64,000 nucleotides of DNA from Myxococcota bacterium (GTDB lineage: Bacteria > Myxococcota_A > Bradymonadia > UBA7976 > UBA1532): the NCBI GenBank assembly GCA_036337435.1, contig JAYZEG010000058.1:64001-128000 (forward strand), read 5' to 3'. Positions 37,429 through 47,146 of the stretch are shown one piece after another. The translations under genes and the position numbers were made by a program. Under the pieces are notes generated by a model. It was not told where the DNA came from, did no database searches, and saw nothing but the letters and a program-made list of their open reading frames with translations. How positions within the stretch are numbered: the first letter of the stretch is position 1; each line of letters opens with the position of its first letter.

Positions 37429-38142
37429 AAACTCGCGATTTCCGCCCGTCCCAAAAATAGGGCTTTCGATGAGTCCAAGCACCCGAGCTCCCAGACCTTC
37501 CATAGACCGCGCGATATCGTCACAAACTCGCTGATGAATCTCAGGGTCTGTCACGATCCCTTTCTCTCCAACTTCATCTTTTCGCGCTTCGAATTGCGGC
37601 TTAATGAGTAAAACAGCCGATGCCTTTGGCTTGAGCAGAGGCAAAACCGGTGGGATGAGCCGTATGAGAGAATTAAATGACAAGTCTGCTACGACAAGAT
37701 CAATGGGTTCGGTGATGTGTTCCCGGGTCAAATCGGCTACGTGGGTTCGCTCGAGACAAACAACCTTGTCATGGCCCCTGAGGGACCAATCAAGCAAACC
37801 GTAACCAACATCGACGGCATAAACCATCTTAGCACCGTCACGAATGAGGCAATCGGTAAACCCGCCCGTGGACGCACCCAGATCGAGGCATATCAACCCA
37901 GAGACATCGATCTCGAATGCACGCAAGGCTCCCTCAAGTTTGAGGCCACCCCGACTGACATATTTCTGCGCTTTGCGACTTCTCACCCTGACGGATGAAT
38001 TTTCGTCTACGAGCAACCCTGCTTTATCCAATCGACTCTCACCGACAATAATTTCTCCGGCCATAATGCGTGCTCTGGCTTCCTGGACGGTCTCGACCAA
38101 TTCTCTTCTGAGAAGGAGCTCATCAAGCCTAATTTTGGCCAT
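37366..38142 (-). CDS. tlyA: TlyA-family rRNA 2'-O-methyltransferase
   Basis: S4 domain RLD, YVSRGGLKL, DLGASTGGFTD, DVGYG, LIKPQFE, GNREF. Confidence 0.95.
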   Translation of the reverse strand: MAKIRLDELLLRRELVETVQEARARIMAGEIIVGESRLDKAGLLVDENSSVRVRSRKAQKYVSRGGLKLEGALRAFEIDVSGLICLDLGASTGGFTDCLIRDGAKMVYAVDVGYGLLDWSLRGHDKVVCLERTHVADLTREHITEPIDLVVADLSFNSLIRLIPPVLPLLKPKASAVLLIKPQFEARKDEVGEKGIVTDPEIHQRVCDDIARSMEGLGARVLGLIESPIFGTGGNREFLIALRLDSIRSKMTNDCHDE

Positions 38143-38984
38143 TACACCGTCCTGATTCGAATCAACTCAATGAAATTAAGTAAGTCATCATGATGACCGT
38201 TGATTTGGGTAAGGGTGGCCCGACCAGAGTCAGCTGTTCGATCTCTCAATTCTTCAATCTGCTCAATGGATAGATGATTAATGAGATTCTTGCCATCGTC
38301 TGTTCCGTCTTCGTCCAGATCCAGCAGGTCGTCAGTAATTTGAAAAAGAGAGCCAATTTGGTTACCCAAGCGACGATACAAGAGTTGTTGTTCGTATTCG
38401 ACATCAAGCAAAATGGCCGCTCCTTCGATGGCCGCAGTGATCAAAGCCCCCGTTTTCAAAGACTGCATGTATCGAATCTGAGCAACGTCGCTTAACTGGC
38501 CGCTCATGTCATGAATCTGGCCACCGACCATCCCTGCACCACCTGCAGAGTTTGCCAATAGTTTGACCAAGGATTGAGACGTTCGAGCGTCCTTGACCAG
38601 AGCCGAAATGGTCAAGAAAGCTTGGGTGAGAAGGGCATCGCCAGCTAAAATTGCGTTGGCCTCACCAAAAACAATATGGCACGTGGGTCGACCACGACGC
38701 AGATCATCGTCGTCCATGGCTGGCAAATCGTCATGAATCAAACTGTAAGTGTGAATCAGCTCAATTGCCAATGCCCATGGAAAAACATCTTCAGCTGTGG
38801 CACCTCTCGAGGCTGCAACCAGAAAAGTCAAAATCGGACGAACTCGTTTGCCCCCACCAAACAGACTGTGAGCAGTTGCTTTTCGAAGCGTCTCTGGCCA
38901 GTCCTCCCAACGATCAAACTCCGATTGTAGGCGGGATTCAAACTCAACTCGGTAGCTATCGAGTTTATGCCTTAAGCTTGTCAT
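38142..38984 (-). CDS. ispA: Farnesyl diphosphate synthase
   Basis: GGKRVRP, HDDLPAMDDDDLRRG (FARM), GDAL, KTG, FQITDD (SARM). Confidence 0.93.
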   Translation of the reverse strand: MTSLRHKLDSYRVEFESRLQSEFDRWEDWPETLRKATAHSLFGGGKRVRPILTFLVAASRGATAEDVFPWALAIELIHTYSLIHDDLPAMDDDDLRRGRPTCHIVFGEANAILAGDALLTQAFLTISALVKDARTSQSLVKLLANSAGGAGMVGGQIHDMSGQLSDVAQIRYMQSLKTGALITAAIEGAAILLDVEYEQQLLYRRLGNQIGSLFQITDDLLDLDEDGTDDGKNLINHLSIEQIEELRDRTADSGRATLTQINGHHDDLLNFIELIRIRTV

Positions 38985-39202
38985 GTCTGATCTTCATCCT
39001 CGCGAATGAGTGTCGCTTGGAGTTCTTCCACGCGATTTTCTGCACCTTCCAACAAAGTGTTTCCAGTCCGAGCAAGTCGAACACCGTCTTCGTATAGTTT
39101 TAAGGCTTCATCTAGCGGAAGCCCCCCGGCTTCCAACCTCTGAACAAGAGATTCTAACTTTTTTAAAACGTCTTCGAAGTTTTCACTTTGCTCATCGCTC
39201 AT
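38981..39202 (-). CDS. xseB: Exodeoxyribonuclease VII small subunit
   Basis: FEDVLKKLE..V..LE.G.LPLDEAL..YEDG. Confidence 0.93.
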   Translation of the reverse strand: MSDEQSENFEDVLKKLESLVQRLEAGGLPLDEALKLYEDGVRLARTGNTLLEGAENRVEELQATLIREDEDQT

Positions 39203-40578
39203 TTAAATTCCTTGCTTTCATTGGGCGTACCTTGAGTATCAGAGTATATGTCAGTCACAAGCGCATCTACCATACCATCTGCGAACAGCACTCGAATTGA
39301 ATCATTCGTCTGTAACTGACTCGCGCTGCTGATCAGCTGCTTATCTTTCCGGGTGATGCTGAACCCTCTACTGAGGTTGGCGAGCGGAGACAAGGCATTG
39401 AGTTTTAGGGCGGAGTTATTGAGTTGATGAGTTGCTGTCTTGATAATCGAATCAATCGCGCGCTCTAAAGCGAGCGACGTTGTACTCAAACGGTTTCTCG
39501 ATTGTGAAAGACGGACTGTTGGCTCGACTCGAATCAACCGACGCTCAAGGTCTCGTACGCGACGTTTACTTTGCGACAGATGCCTCCCAAAGGCTTGCTG
39601 TAAACGCTGCATTTTCTGATGAATCGGGAGTCTGAGCCTCCGGGGATCAACGCTTGATTGCAATCGATATGAAAGCGAAAGAAGAACACTCCGATTCGTC
39701 TCTAATTGGAGAGTCAAAAGACGAGTCATGGATTCCGTAAGCACGTCTAGTGAATACAAAAGGTCGTCTCGAACTGGAACCGCGAGCTCGGCTGCAACAG
39801 ATGGGGTTGGTGCTCTGCAATCGGAAACAAAATCAGCGATTGTGGTGTCAGTTTCGTGGCCAACTGCACTGATGATCGGTTTTTTCGAGGTCGCAATCGC
39901 TCGAGCCACCTTCTCTTCATTAAACGCCCACAGATCTTCAAGGCTTCCGCCTCCACGACCGACGATAATTACATCCACACTCGCGTGGTTGTTGAGGGTT
40001 CGAATCGCTCTAACAATGTCGCCGACAGCGTGCTCGCCTTGAACCGATGCTGGACAAATAACAATGGGAATCTGGGGCGATCGACGTTGGATAACCGATT
40101 CAACGTCTCGACGTGCAGCCCCTGTTGCACTCGTCACCAAACCAACAGCGCGAGGCAAAAGTGGGATCGGACGTTTGCGGGATGATTCGAAGAGGCCTTC
40201 TGAGTCTAGCTTTGCTTTGAGGGCCTCAAATTGCGCCTGCAACCGCCCCAGTCCCACCGGCTCAATTGAGTCGATGATGAGCTTGTAACTGCCCTGGGGC
40301 GCGTAGACATTCAAACGCCCCTTTACGAGTATGTGTTCACCAGACTGGGGCCGATAACGCAAACGCTGAACTGTACTCCGCCAGACAATTCCGTCTATGC
40401 GGGCATGCTCATCTTTCATGGTCAGGTATACGTGGCCACTTCGATGTGCATTAAGTCCACTCAGTTCGCCCTCAACAATGACATAGTCGAAGGTTTCCTC
40501 AAGGTGTCTCTTAATTTTAGCGGTTAATTGGGAGACGGACAGCGGACTCGATTTGGATGAGTTGATCATGTCGTTCAT
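39199..40578 (-). CDS. xseA: Exodeoxyribonuclease VII large subunit
   Basis: VEGELS..SGHVY, RGGGSLEDLWAFN, AVGHETD, RAPTPS, LSP..L.RG. Confidence 0.96.
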   Translation of the reverse strand: MNDMINSSKSSPLSVSQLTAKIKRHLEETFDYVIVEGELSGLNAHRSGHVYLTMKDEHARIDGIVWRSTVQRLRYRPQSGEHILVKGRLNVYAPQGSYKLIIDSIEPVGLGRLQAQFEALKAKLDSEGLFESSRKRPIPLLPRAVGLVTSATGAARRDVESVIQRRSPQIPIVICPASVQGEHAVGDIVRAIRTLNNHASVDVIIVGRGGGSLEDLWAFNEEKVARAIATSKKPIISAVGHETDTTIADFVSDCRAPTPSVAAELAVPVRDDLLYSLDVLTESMTRLLTLQLETNRSVLLSLSYRLQSSVDPRRLRLPIHQKMQRLQQAFGRHLSQSKRRVRDLERRLIRVEPTVRLSQSRNRLSTTSLALERAIDSIIKTATHQLNNSALKLNALSPLANLSRGFSITRKDKQLISSASQLQTNDSIRVLFADGMVDALVTDIYSDTQGTPNESKEFK

Positions 40579-40621
40579 GTAACATGATCCCCTTGCTGAG
40601 GCTACGGATGAACCTGTCGGA

Positions 40622-41080
40622 TTATTCCTTCAAGTAAAAGGCAAGGATAAGTATTCCGTCCTTGTGCCTTATGCCTGCCTGATAGAACAATTTTTTAGGC
40701 ACCGCCCGTAATTTCACTTTGACTTTGTGCTTCGGGATTTCGAGAGAGAGCTTGTGCACCCTATTCTTGCCGGCTTTCGGTACACTTCCAACGTATTTCA
40801 CCAGTGCTTTGTAACCAGTCGGCAATGCGACATCGGCTGTCTTTTGAGGCGCGAGTTGAAAGGCATTCTTGGACAAGAGCTTGAACGATCCATACTGACC
40901 GAATGCTGTCTTGAGGGATTTCGCCATGACCTTACTGATTTTCGCGTCTGTGGGACTTTTAGCCATGGTTGCATGAACCACAGCAACCTTAAGTTCGACG
41001 ACAGCATATGCCTGGCTTGAGAACCCAAACAGTCCCAAGAAAAGCAACAGCTTCAACATTTTTGAAAGCGGCTTATACAT
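40622..41080 (-). CDS. Hypothetical secreted basic protein (third gene of ECF operon)
   Basis: Signal peptide ending AYA; Lys-rich beta-strand pattern; TAATG overlap with anti-sigma. Confidence 0.7.
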   Translation of the reverse strand: MYKPLSKMLKLLLFLGLFGFSSQAYAVVELKVAVVHATMAKSPTDAKISKVMAKSLKTAFGQYGSFKLLSKNAFQLAPQKTADVALPTGYKALVKYVGSVPKAGKNRVHKLSLEIPKHKVKVKLRAVPKKLFYQAGIRHKDGILILAFYLKE

Positions 41081-41697
41081 TAAATTGGATCCTCCCCATC
41101 TAACGGTTCCTCGGTCTTTTCATCATCTAACAACCAAATCACCGTAGACTCTTCATCCTCAGCAGGCATGCTAACCAGAATTGCCTTTTGTCCCTCGTTC
41201 GAAACCGAATCAACCACAATATTACGTCCACCAGCTGACCTCTCAGCAAGGGTGACATCTGCACTGCCTGGCCCGTCTTGATCCGTCGTCGGGCCCACCG
41301 TGAAAAACGCCACGGCAGCAGTAGCCGCCGCCCCAAGAAGCACCGGAGTCCAGTTGCTTTGGAACCAACTGACTAATCTACCGAATAGGTTATCGTTTGA
41401 ATTAGGCTCTAAAGCCATCGAAACCGATTCCGCTTTGGTTGAGCTTACGGCGGCTGTTGGCGCAGCCTCCATAGCATCGATCCGTTCGTCTATCGCTGAC
41501 GAAAAGTTTTTGAAGTCAACCTCGGTTGATTCCAAATCCACATGTTCGCGCAAGAGACCCCCGATCGCCGTGAAATCATCACGCATGTCGATTAGGTCGG
41601 GATTATTGACCAAAGCCGACTCAAACTCACTCGCTTCGTCATCGGTCAGCTCGCCATCTAAAAACCGGTTGAGCAATTCGTGTTCACGTTCTGTCAT
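41080..41697 (-). CDS. Putative single-TM anti-sigma factor
   Basis: LNRFLDGEL RseA-like N-terminus, TM (VLLGAAATAAVAFF), ATGA overlap with sigma. Confidence 0.78.
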   Translation of the reverse strand: MTEREHELLNRFLDGELTDDEASEFESALVNNPDLIDMRDDFTAIGGLLREHVDLESTEVDFKNFSSAIDERIDAMEAAPTAAVSSTKAESVSMALEPNSNDNLFGRLVSWFQSNWTPVLLGAAATAAVAFFTVGPTTDQDGPGSADVTLAERSAGGRNIVVDSVSNEGQKAILVSMPAEDEESTVIWLLDDEKTEEPLDGEDPI

Positions 41698-42347
41698 GAT
41701 TTGCCCTTCCTCACGCCGGTACCAGCCCGTGAAGACAACGTACTGCCTGACGCCTCGAGATACGGTTTAAGTGTCTTTTGTAAATTCTTTCGCGCATGAT
41801 GCAATCGACTCATGACGGTGCCCAGATGGCAGCCCATTGACTCTGCAATATCCTCGTAGCTCATGCCTTCGACTTCACGAAGGAGCAGAATTTGTCGATG
41901 ATTTTCAGATAATTTGGCTAACGCATCGTTGAGAATTTTACCCAACTCATCTGATTCAAATGCCGCACCTGGATGCATTGGTCGCGTATTGCCCACCAGC
42001 GGGGCCACACCTGCAGATTCGTCTCGGCGCTTGAAACTATCGTCATATTCGACCGAACGTGCCCGCTTCTGCTTTCGACACTTGTCAATGCAGACGTTCA
42101 CAACGATTCGATAAAACCAAGTGTAAAATGAGCTGTCGCCTTTGAAGGATTCGATGTTTCGAAAGACTTTGACGAATGCATCCTGTGCTGCATCCAAAGC
42201 ATCTTCACGATTCCTGAGCATGCCGTAGGCAATGCCGTAGGCACGTCGTTGGTATTTTTCCACTAGCATATGAAACGCACTCCGGTCCCCACGTTTACAA
42301 CGCGTGATGATCTCAACTTCAGACATCTCGCTCGAATCTGCGGCCAT
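41694..42347 (-). CDS. ECF sigma factor (RpoE-like)
   Basis: GDRSAF.LV.KY, DAAQDAF, SSFYTW.YRI, LREVEGMSYEDIA..GTVMSRLHHAR. Confidence 0.94.
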   Translation of the reverse strand: MAADSSEMSEVEIITRCKRGDRSAFHMLVEKYQRRAYGIAYGMLRNREDALDAAQDAFVKVFRNIESFKGDSSFYTWFYRIVVNVCIDKCRKQKRARSVEYDDSFKRRDESAGVAPLVGNTRPMHPGAAFESDELGKILNDALAKLSENHRQILLLREVEGMSYEDIAESMGCHLGTVMSRLHHARKNLQKTLKPYLEASGSTLSSRAGTGVRKGKS

Positions 42348-42377
42348 CGACGGAACCCAAGGCGATTAATTCAACGG

Positions 42378-42405
42378 TGAACGCATCTTATCCAAAAAAA
42401 AGTTC
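42378..42405 (-). promoter_or_regulatory. ECF-type promoter GAACTT-N16-CGTTCA upstream of the RpoE-like sigma
   Basis: Minus strand gaactt-ttttttggataagatg-cgttca, ~30 bp before the sigma ATG. Confidence 0.65.
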
Positions 42406-42507
42406 GATCGTACAGAACCAATCGTTAATTTATTGTTACCCAACAGGCAAAAAGATGCTCCTGTTCATGGTTAGCGTTAACAAAAAGGCCTCGATTTTTA
42501 TTTTATG

Positions 42508-42534
42508 GAACTAAATTTTCCTAAACGTGTGTTA
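42508..42534 (+). promoter_or_regulatory. Possible ECF-type promoter GAACTA-N16-TGTTA upstream of DUF4175-like operon
   Basis: gaacta-aattttcctaaacgtg-tgtta ending 12 bp before ATG 42546. Confidence 0.4.
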
Positions 42535-42545
42535 CCCGTCACGTC

Positions 42546-45500
42546 ATGGCAGACTTGAATCCTTTTCAGATACTCAACGGCCGCCTAGGGTTGTTGAGGC
42601 GGCGCACTCGAGTTCTGGGCATCAGCAAACTGCTTTTGTTGACGGGCAGTGGTGTCGTGCTGTTGATGACGCTGATTCTCTTTCTGTTCGGGTTTTATAA
42701 GCCGACGCTCATCACCCAGCACTGGGTGCTGGGTGGCCTGATTGGCGTCAGCGCCCTTTACGTCCTGATACAAACCGTTCGAATTTTTTCAAAGACAGCC
42801 TCATTGGCAGAGGTCGCAGCGCGTTGGGAACGCCAGCAACCTGAGCTCAAAGATGGACTGATCGCCGCTGTTTATTTCGATGAAGCGATCCGAACGAACT
42901 CGTTAGATGGCGACCTAGATGCTGCGCGTTCGTTGGCGCACTGGGTGGTCAAAAAAACCGCGGATACAAAGCCATCAACGATCGCACCAGTAACAGAATT
43001 GTATCGCCCTATCGCGGTCACACTCACAGCCCTCGCTGTCATGTTGAGTCTGTTCTGGGTATACCCCGATACATTCAACGCGGCCCTTGCAGAGCTTACG
43101 AGAGCCGATAATGGATTGCGGGTCGAGTCCGGTCCCTTAGTCGCCGATATAACCCTCACAGTGGACGCGCCCCAATACACCGGGGCAACCCGCCGGATCA
43201 TCCCAAATTCGACGGGGAACGTCAGCGTATTTAGGGGAAGTAAGATTACCGTCCATGCGACGCCACTCAAATCAAATGCCCAAGTCTTCATCCTGTTAGG
43301 TGACAAACGCATTGACGGGAAATCAATTAGTGAAAATAAATCTGAGTTATCCATGGAAGCAATGGACTCTCTGGATTGGCGGTTTGGTTTGCGAACTGCA
43401 TCGGGTGAACGGCAAATTGAAACACAGGCCCGACGCATTTCAATAAAGGCCGACAAACCCCCTCACATAGACTTGGTTACACCAACCACCGATCTGGAAT
43501 TGGATAAAATCAGTGCTGTCCCCATCGAGTTTTCAGCACGAGATGATTTCGGAATCAGCCGCATCGCAGTTCGGCTTGCACTGGCAAACGACGAAGACAA
43601 CATCACACGCGTCGAACAAGAGGGTTATTCGGGCAAAGTGGCCAAGGGCGCAGATGAAATCGACTTAAATGTGATGGACGCGCAACCCGGCGATCGAATC
43701 GCGCTTTCTGTCGAAGTCTACGACAATAGAACCATTGAGGGTCCCCAAGTCAGTGTTTCACAAACACGTTACATTACGGTTCGTTCTCCCGAGTTCGAAC
43801 ATTATAAAATCACCGAAGCCCTAAACGCGCTCATCGAACAGCTCCTTGATGCCTTAGCATCTCGACTTGAAACGGAATACCAAGGCGTTGCCGGAACCCT
43901 GTTATCAGAAAAGGTTGGAGTTCTATCTAAGCAGACCGGTGGAGCACTCGACACCTTGACAGCGATTTTAGAGCGCATGGAAAAAGACCCCATGAGTTCG
44001 AAACAAGCAATCGCTGGACTTCAATCGAACCAGCAGAAAACAAGCGAAGCGCATCGGGCTGAGGCGACCGCGCTGGCTAGAGAGCGAGCCCGCACCCAAA
44101 CGGGAGCAATCACGAATCCGTCTGATTTTAAGACCTTCAATGAGGACGTCATTTCTCCACTTGAGGAACTCATTATCTATGTAGAGTCGGTTGTTGCTCA
44201 ACTGGGTCTAGCAGACATCGCGGCCATGACCGAGGAAATCAAAGCCGCGAAAGTTCGACTTAAAGACCTGATGACAGCATACAAAAAACGACCATCCGAT
44301 GCTTTGAAAGCACGAATTATGAGAAATATTCGGCGCCTCAAAGATCGAATGCGTGCACTGCAAAAGCGAATGGCCAATCTGAGAAAGAAACTCCCAGACG
44401 AATTTCTTAACCTAGATGGAATGAAGTCTGGTGAAGTCAGTCAAGGGCTATCTGACACGAGAAAACAACTCGATAACTTAGAAAAAATGATGGAAGAAAA
44501 CCGGCTTGATGACGCACTGAAAGCCCTTGATGAAATGAGCGAAACACTGGACCAACTTTCGTCAGCACTGGACCAAGACATGCAGGAGTTGCATGAGCAA
44601 ACGAACCCTGCACTTCAAAAAGCGTTGAGCGAGTTGATGGATCAAACGCGTGACCTGATGAAACAACAGGAAGAACTCAGTCAAGAGACAGAGACTCAGT
44701 CCAAACTTGAGCAAGAGAAGCAGGCTGAAATCTTTGACAAACTGTTTAAGGAACAAATCGATAGTCTTCTCAAAAAAGCGGAGAGTCTGAAAGCGAATGC
44801 AAACAAGATTCGATCTGGTCCACTGCCAACATTTGCGGAGGAGAGTGCTGCGGAAATCAACGAGCGCGTGGATGAGTTAATACAGGCCTTGAAAAACAAA
44901 CGCCTCGAAGCTGCTTTACGTTCCGCTCGCAACGCACTCTCACCCTTATATACGGTCCGACGATATTCGCGTTTTCGTAACCGGTCGTCGAGAGACGTCT
45001 CGGATGCTGCCAACAAAGCCATAGAGCAAGACGAGGAGATTATTGACCAACTCGATGACTTGATGAAACAGGCTCAAAAGCAAATGCAGGCAACGAAACA
45101 GCAGTCTGCAAATTCCAGTGCACGAGAGAAGCAAGAGCAGTTGCGCGAGGCAGCGCGTCGACTACAACAAAAAATGGCATCGCAGCAAGAGAAGATAACA
45201 GGACTGAAGGGGGAACCCATGCAAAGCATGGAATCAGCCCAAAAAAGTATGCAGAGAGCCAGCCAGTCGCTCCAGAAGGGACAACCTGGACATGCACTTC
45301 CAAGCCAGTCAGAAGCGGTTTCTCAGCTAAAGAAGCTGATGAATGGGCTGAAGCAAGCCAGCAAGCCGCAAAGTGGGAACAAGGATGGACAGAAAGGTCA
45401 ACGAGACGGAGGTCGTAACACAAAGCGCGACAAAGTACGGATCCCGGGTGCCGATGAACACGATGCCCCCGCAGAATTCCGACAGGAACTGATGGATGCA

Positions 45501-45569
45501 ATGAAAGACAAAGCGCCGAGTGACTTTAAAGAGTCGGTCAAGCGCTACTACGAATCACTGGTGAAATGA
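42546..45569 (+). CDS. DUF4175-like membrane-anchored coiled-coil protein
   Basis: Three N-terminal TMs, PxYT, DKPP..ARDDFGI Ig-like region, long Q/E/K coiled coil, C-terminal VKRYYESL. Confidence 0.78.
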   Translation: MADLNPFQILNGRLGLLRRRTRVLGISKLLLLTGSGVVLLMTLILFLFGFYKPTLITQHWVLGGLIGVSALYVLIQTVRIFSKTASLAEVAARWERQQPELKDGLIAAVYFDEAIRTNSLDGDLDAARSLAHWVVKKTADTKPSTIAPVTELYRPIAVTLTALAVMLSLFWVYPDTFNAALAELTRADNGLRVESGPLVADITLTVDAPQYTGATRRIIPNSTGNVSVFRGSKITVHATPLKSNAQVFILLGDKRIDGKSISENKSELSMEAMDSLDWRFGLRTASGERQIETQARRISIKADKPPHIDLVTPTTDLELDKISAVPIEFSARDDFGISRIAVRLALANDEDNITRVEQEGYSGKVAKGADEIDLNVMDAQPGDRIALSVEVYDNRTIEGPQVSVSQTRYITVRSPEFEHYKITEALNALIEQLLDALASRLETEYQGVAGTLLSEKVGVLSKQTGGALDTLTAILERMEKDPMSSKQAIAGLQSNQQKTSEAHRAEATALARERARTQTGAITNPSDFKTFNEDVISPLEELIIYVESVVAQLGLADIAAMTEEIKAAKVRLKDLMTAYKKRPSDALKARIMRNIRRLKDRMRALQKRMANLRKKLPDEFLNLDGMKSGEVSQGLSDTRKQLDNLEKMMEENRLDDALKALDEMSETLDQLSSALDQDMQELHEQTNPALQKALSELMDQTRDLMKQQEELSQETETQSKLEQEKQAEIFDKLFKEQIDSLLKKAESLKANANKIRSGPLPTFAEESAAEINERVDELIQALKNKRLEAALRSARNALSPLYTVRRYSRFRNRSSRDVSDAANKAIEQDEEIIDQLDDLMKQAQKQMQATKQQSANSSAREKQEQLREAARRLQQKMASQQEKITGLKGEPMQSMESAQKSMQRASQSLQKGQPGHALPSQSEAVSQLKKLMNGLKQASKPQSGNKDGQKGQRDGGRNTKRDKVRIPGADEHDAPAEFRQELMDAMKDKAPSDFKESVKRYYESLVK

Positions 45570-45580
45570 AGGGAGCGAGT

Positions 45581-47146
45581 ATGCGGCTGCTTACATTGCT
45601 CGTCTTATTGATGGGCTGGACAAACCCGCTAGCAAAACCATTGAAGGCCGATGCAATCCATCAAATGATTGGGCAGTGGCAGGCCGTCGACGCACGGCAG
45701 GCAATACAAGACGCACTTGCCGAAGACCCAGACGATATCAACCTCCAATTCGCCCAAAGTCGGTTATTATTTTTTGAAGGCAACTACGGTGAATCTCTGC
45801 GTGTTTTAGACGCATTGACTAAAAACTTCGGCGATGAGGTGCCTGGGAGTGTCATGGAGTTTAGGTCACGCGTCCAAGAGACTCATAACGCCCTCAAGAC
45901 CTTTAGCGAACACAGCACATCGAATGGGCGATTTTTAATTCGTTATAAGGGTCGAGACAAAGTCCTTCTACCATACCTGATCCCGGTCTTAGAGGAGGCC
46001 GACAAGGCTCTGTCGGCCGATTTTGGCTACACCCCGAAGGGCCAAGTCGTCGTTGAGATCTATCCTGAAATTGCCTACTTAGCTCGAGTCAGCCCGTTGA
46101 CAGAATCTGATATTGAGACCAGTGGCACCATCGCCCTCTGCAAGTACAATAGGCTCATGTTTACCTCACCGAGAGCACTTGTGAGGGGGTATGGTTGGCA
46201 AGACACTGTCTCGCATGAATTTGTACACTATTACCTCACTAAAATGAGTAAAAACACCATCCCCATCTGGCTCCACGAGGGGATTGCTAAATTCCAAGAG
46301 ACACGCTGGCGTGAATCACCCGGCCACAAGTTAGACCCGCCCGAGGAGGATTTACTCGCGCGCAGTCTAGAATCAGATAAGCTGATTACCTTCGAACAAA
46401 TGCACCCATCCATGGCGAAACTGCCCAGCCAAGAGGCCGCAGGTTTGGCATTTGCGGAAGTGCATACTGTCATCGACTTTCTGTATCGCAAGAAAGGATA
46501 CGAAGGTCTAAGAATGCTCATCAAGAAGCTGGCTTTTGGTCTAGAGATGAATGCGGCACTCCGATCCGTCTATGGCTTTAACCTGATGGGGCTGTGGACC
46601 GCTTGGCATCGCGACTTAAAAACGCGCGGTCTGCAGGAATATCCAGGCCTTGTCCAAATGTCTTTGGAATTCAAAAGGCCGGGAGAGACAACTGACGAGG
46701 ACGAACTCGAGATCAGCTACGGTTCCATCAAAAAAAAGCAGGTTCGAGACTACACTCATCTGGGTGAATTATTGCGAGCAAGGAAGCGCTTCAAAGCCGC
46801 ACTGAAAGAGTACCTTAAAGCAGAGGCTATAGCAGGTAACGGCAATCCCACTGTTCAGAATGGGACAGCAGAATCCTTATTGGCACTGGAACGATTCAAA
46901 GACGTCCCCAAGGTGCTCGAGCAAGTTAGATTTTATTACCCGAGATACCTAAGAACTCGTCTAAACCTGGCGACAGCCTTTCTAAATTTGGAACAGACAG
47001 ACGCTGCCATTGTCGAGTTTGAATCTGCGATGGCCATAAATCCATTTCATCCCGGTCCTCACATCGCTCTCGAAAAATTGTATCTGAAAAAAGGCAAGGC
47101 CGATTTGGCAAAACGAGCGCGCGAAAGCTTGGAGTTATTAAAATGA
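45581..47146 (+). CDS. Secreted zinc metallopeptidase (peptidase MA/gluzincin-like) with TPRs
   Basis: Signal peptide; HEFVH plus WLHEGIA third ligand; N- and C-terminal TPR-like helices. Confidence 0.85.
   Translation: MRLLTLLVLLMGWTNPLAKPLKADAIHQMIGQWQAVDARQAIQDALAEDPDDINLQFAQSRLLFFEGNYGESLRVLDALTKNFGDEVPGSVMEFRSRVQETHNALKTFSEHSTSNGRFLIRYKGRDKVLLPYLIPVLEEADKALSADFGYTPKGQVVVEIYPEIAYLARVSPLTESDIETSGTIALCKYNRLMFTSPRALVRGYGWQDTVSHEFVHYYLTKMSKNTIPIWLHEGIAKFQETRWRESPGHKLDPPEEDLLARSLESDKLITFEQMHPSMAKLPSQEAAGLAFAEVHTVIDFLYRKKGYEGLRMLIKKLAFGLEMNAALRSVYGFNLMGLWTAWHRDLKTRGLQEYPGLVQMSLEFKRPGETTDEDELEISYGSIKKKQVRDYTHLGELLRARKRFKAALKEYLKAEAIAGNGNPTVQNGTAESLLALERFKDVPKVLEQVRFYYPRYLRTRLNLATAFLNLEQTDAAIVEFESAMAINPFHPGPHIALEKLYLKKGKADLAKRARESLELLK

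Noticed and set aside
37366..38142. Hemolysin / virulence factor call for TlyA
   Set aside because: Standard rRNA methyltransferase in its usual housekeeping context.
39990..40010. GGTTCGAATC T-arm-like string suggesting a tRNA
   Set aside because: Lies inside xseA with no cloverleaf.
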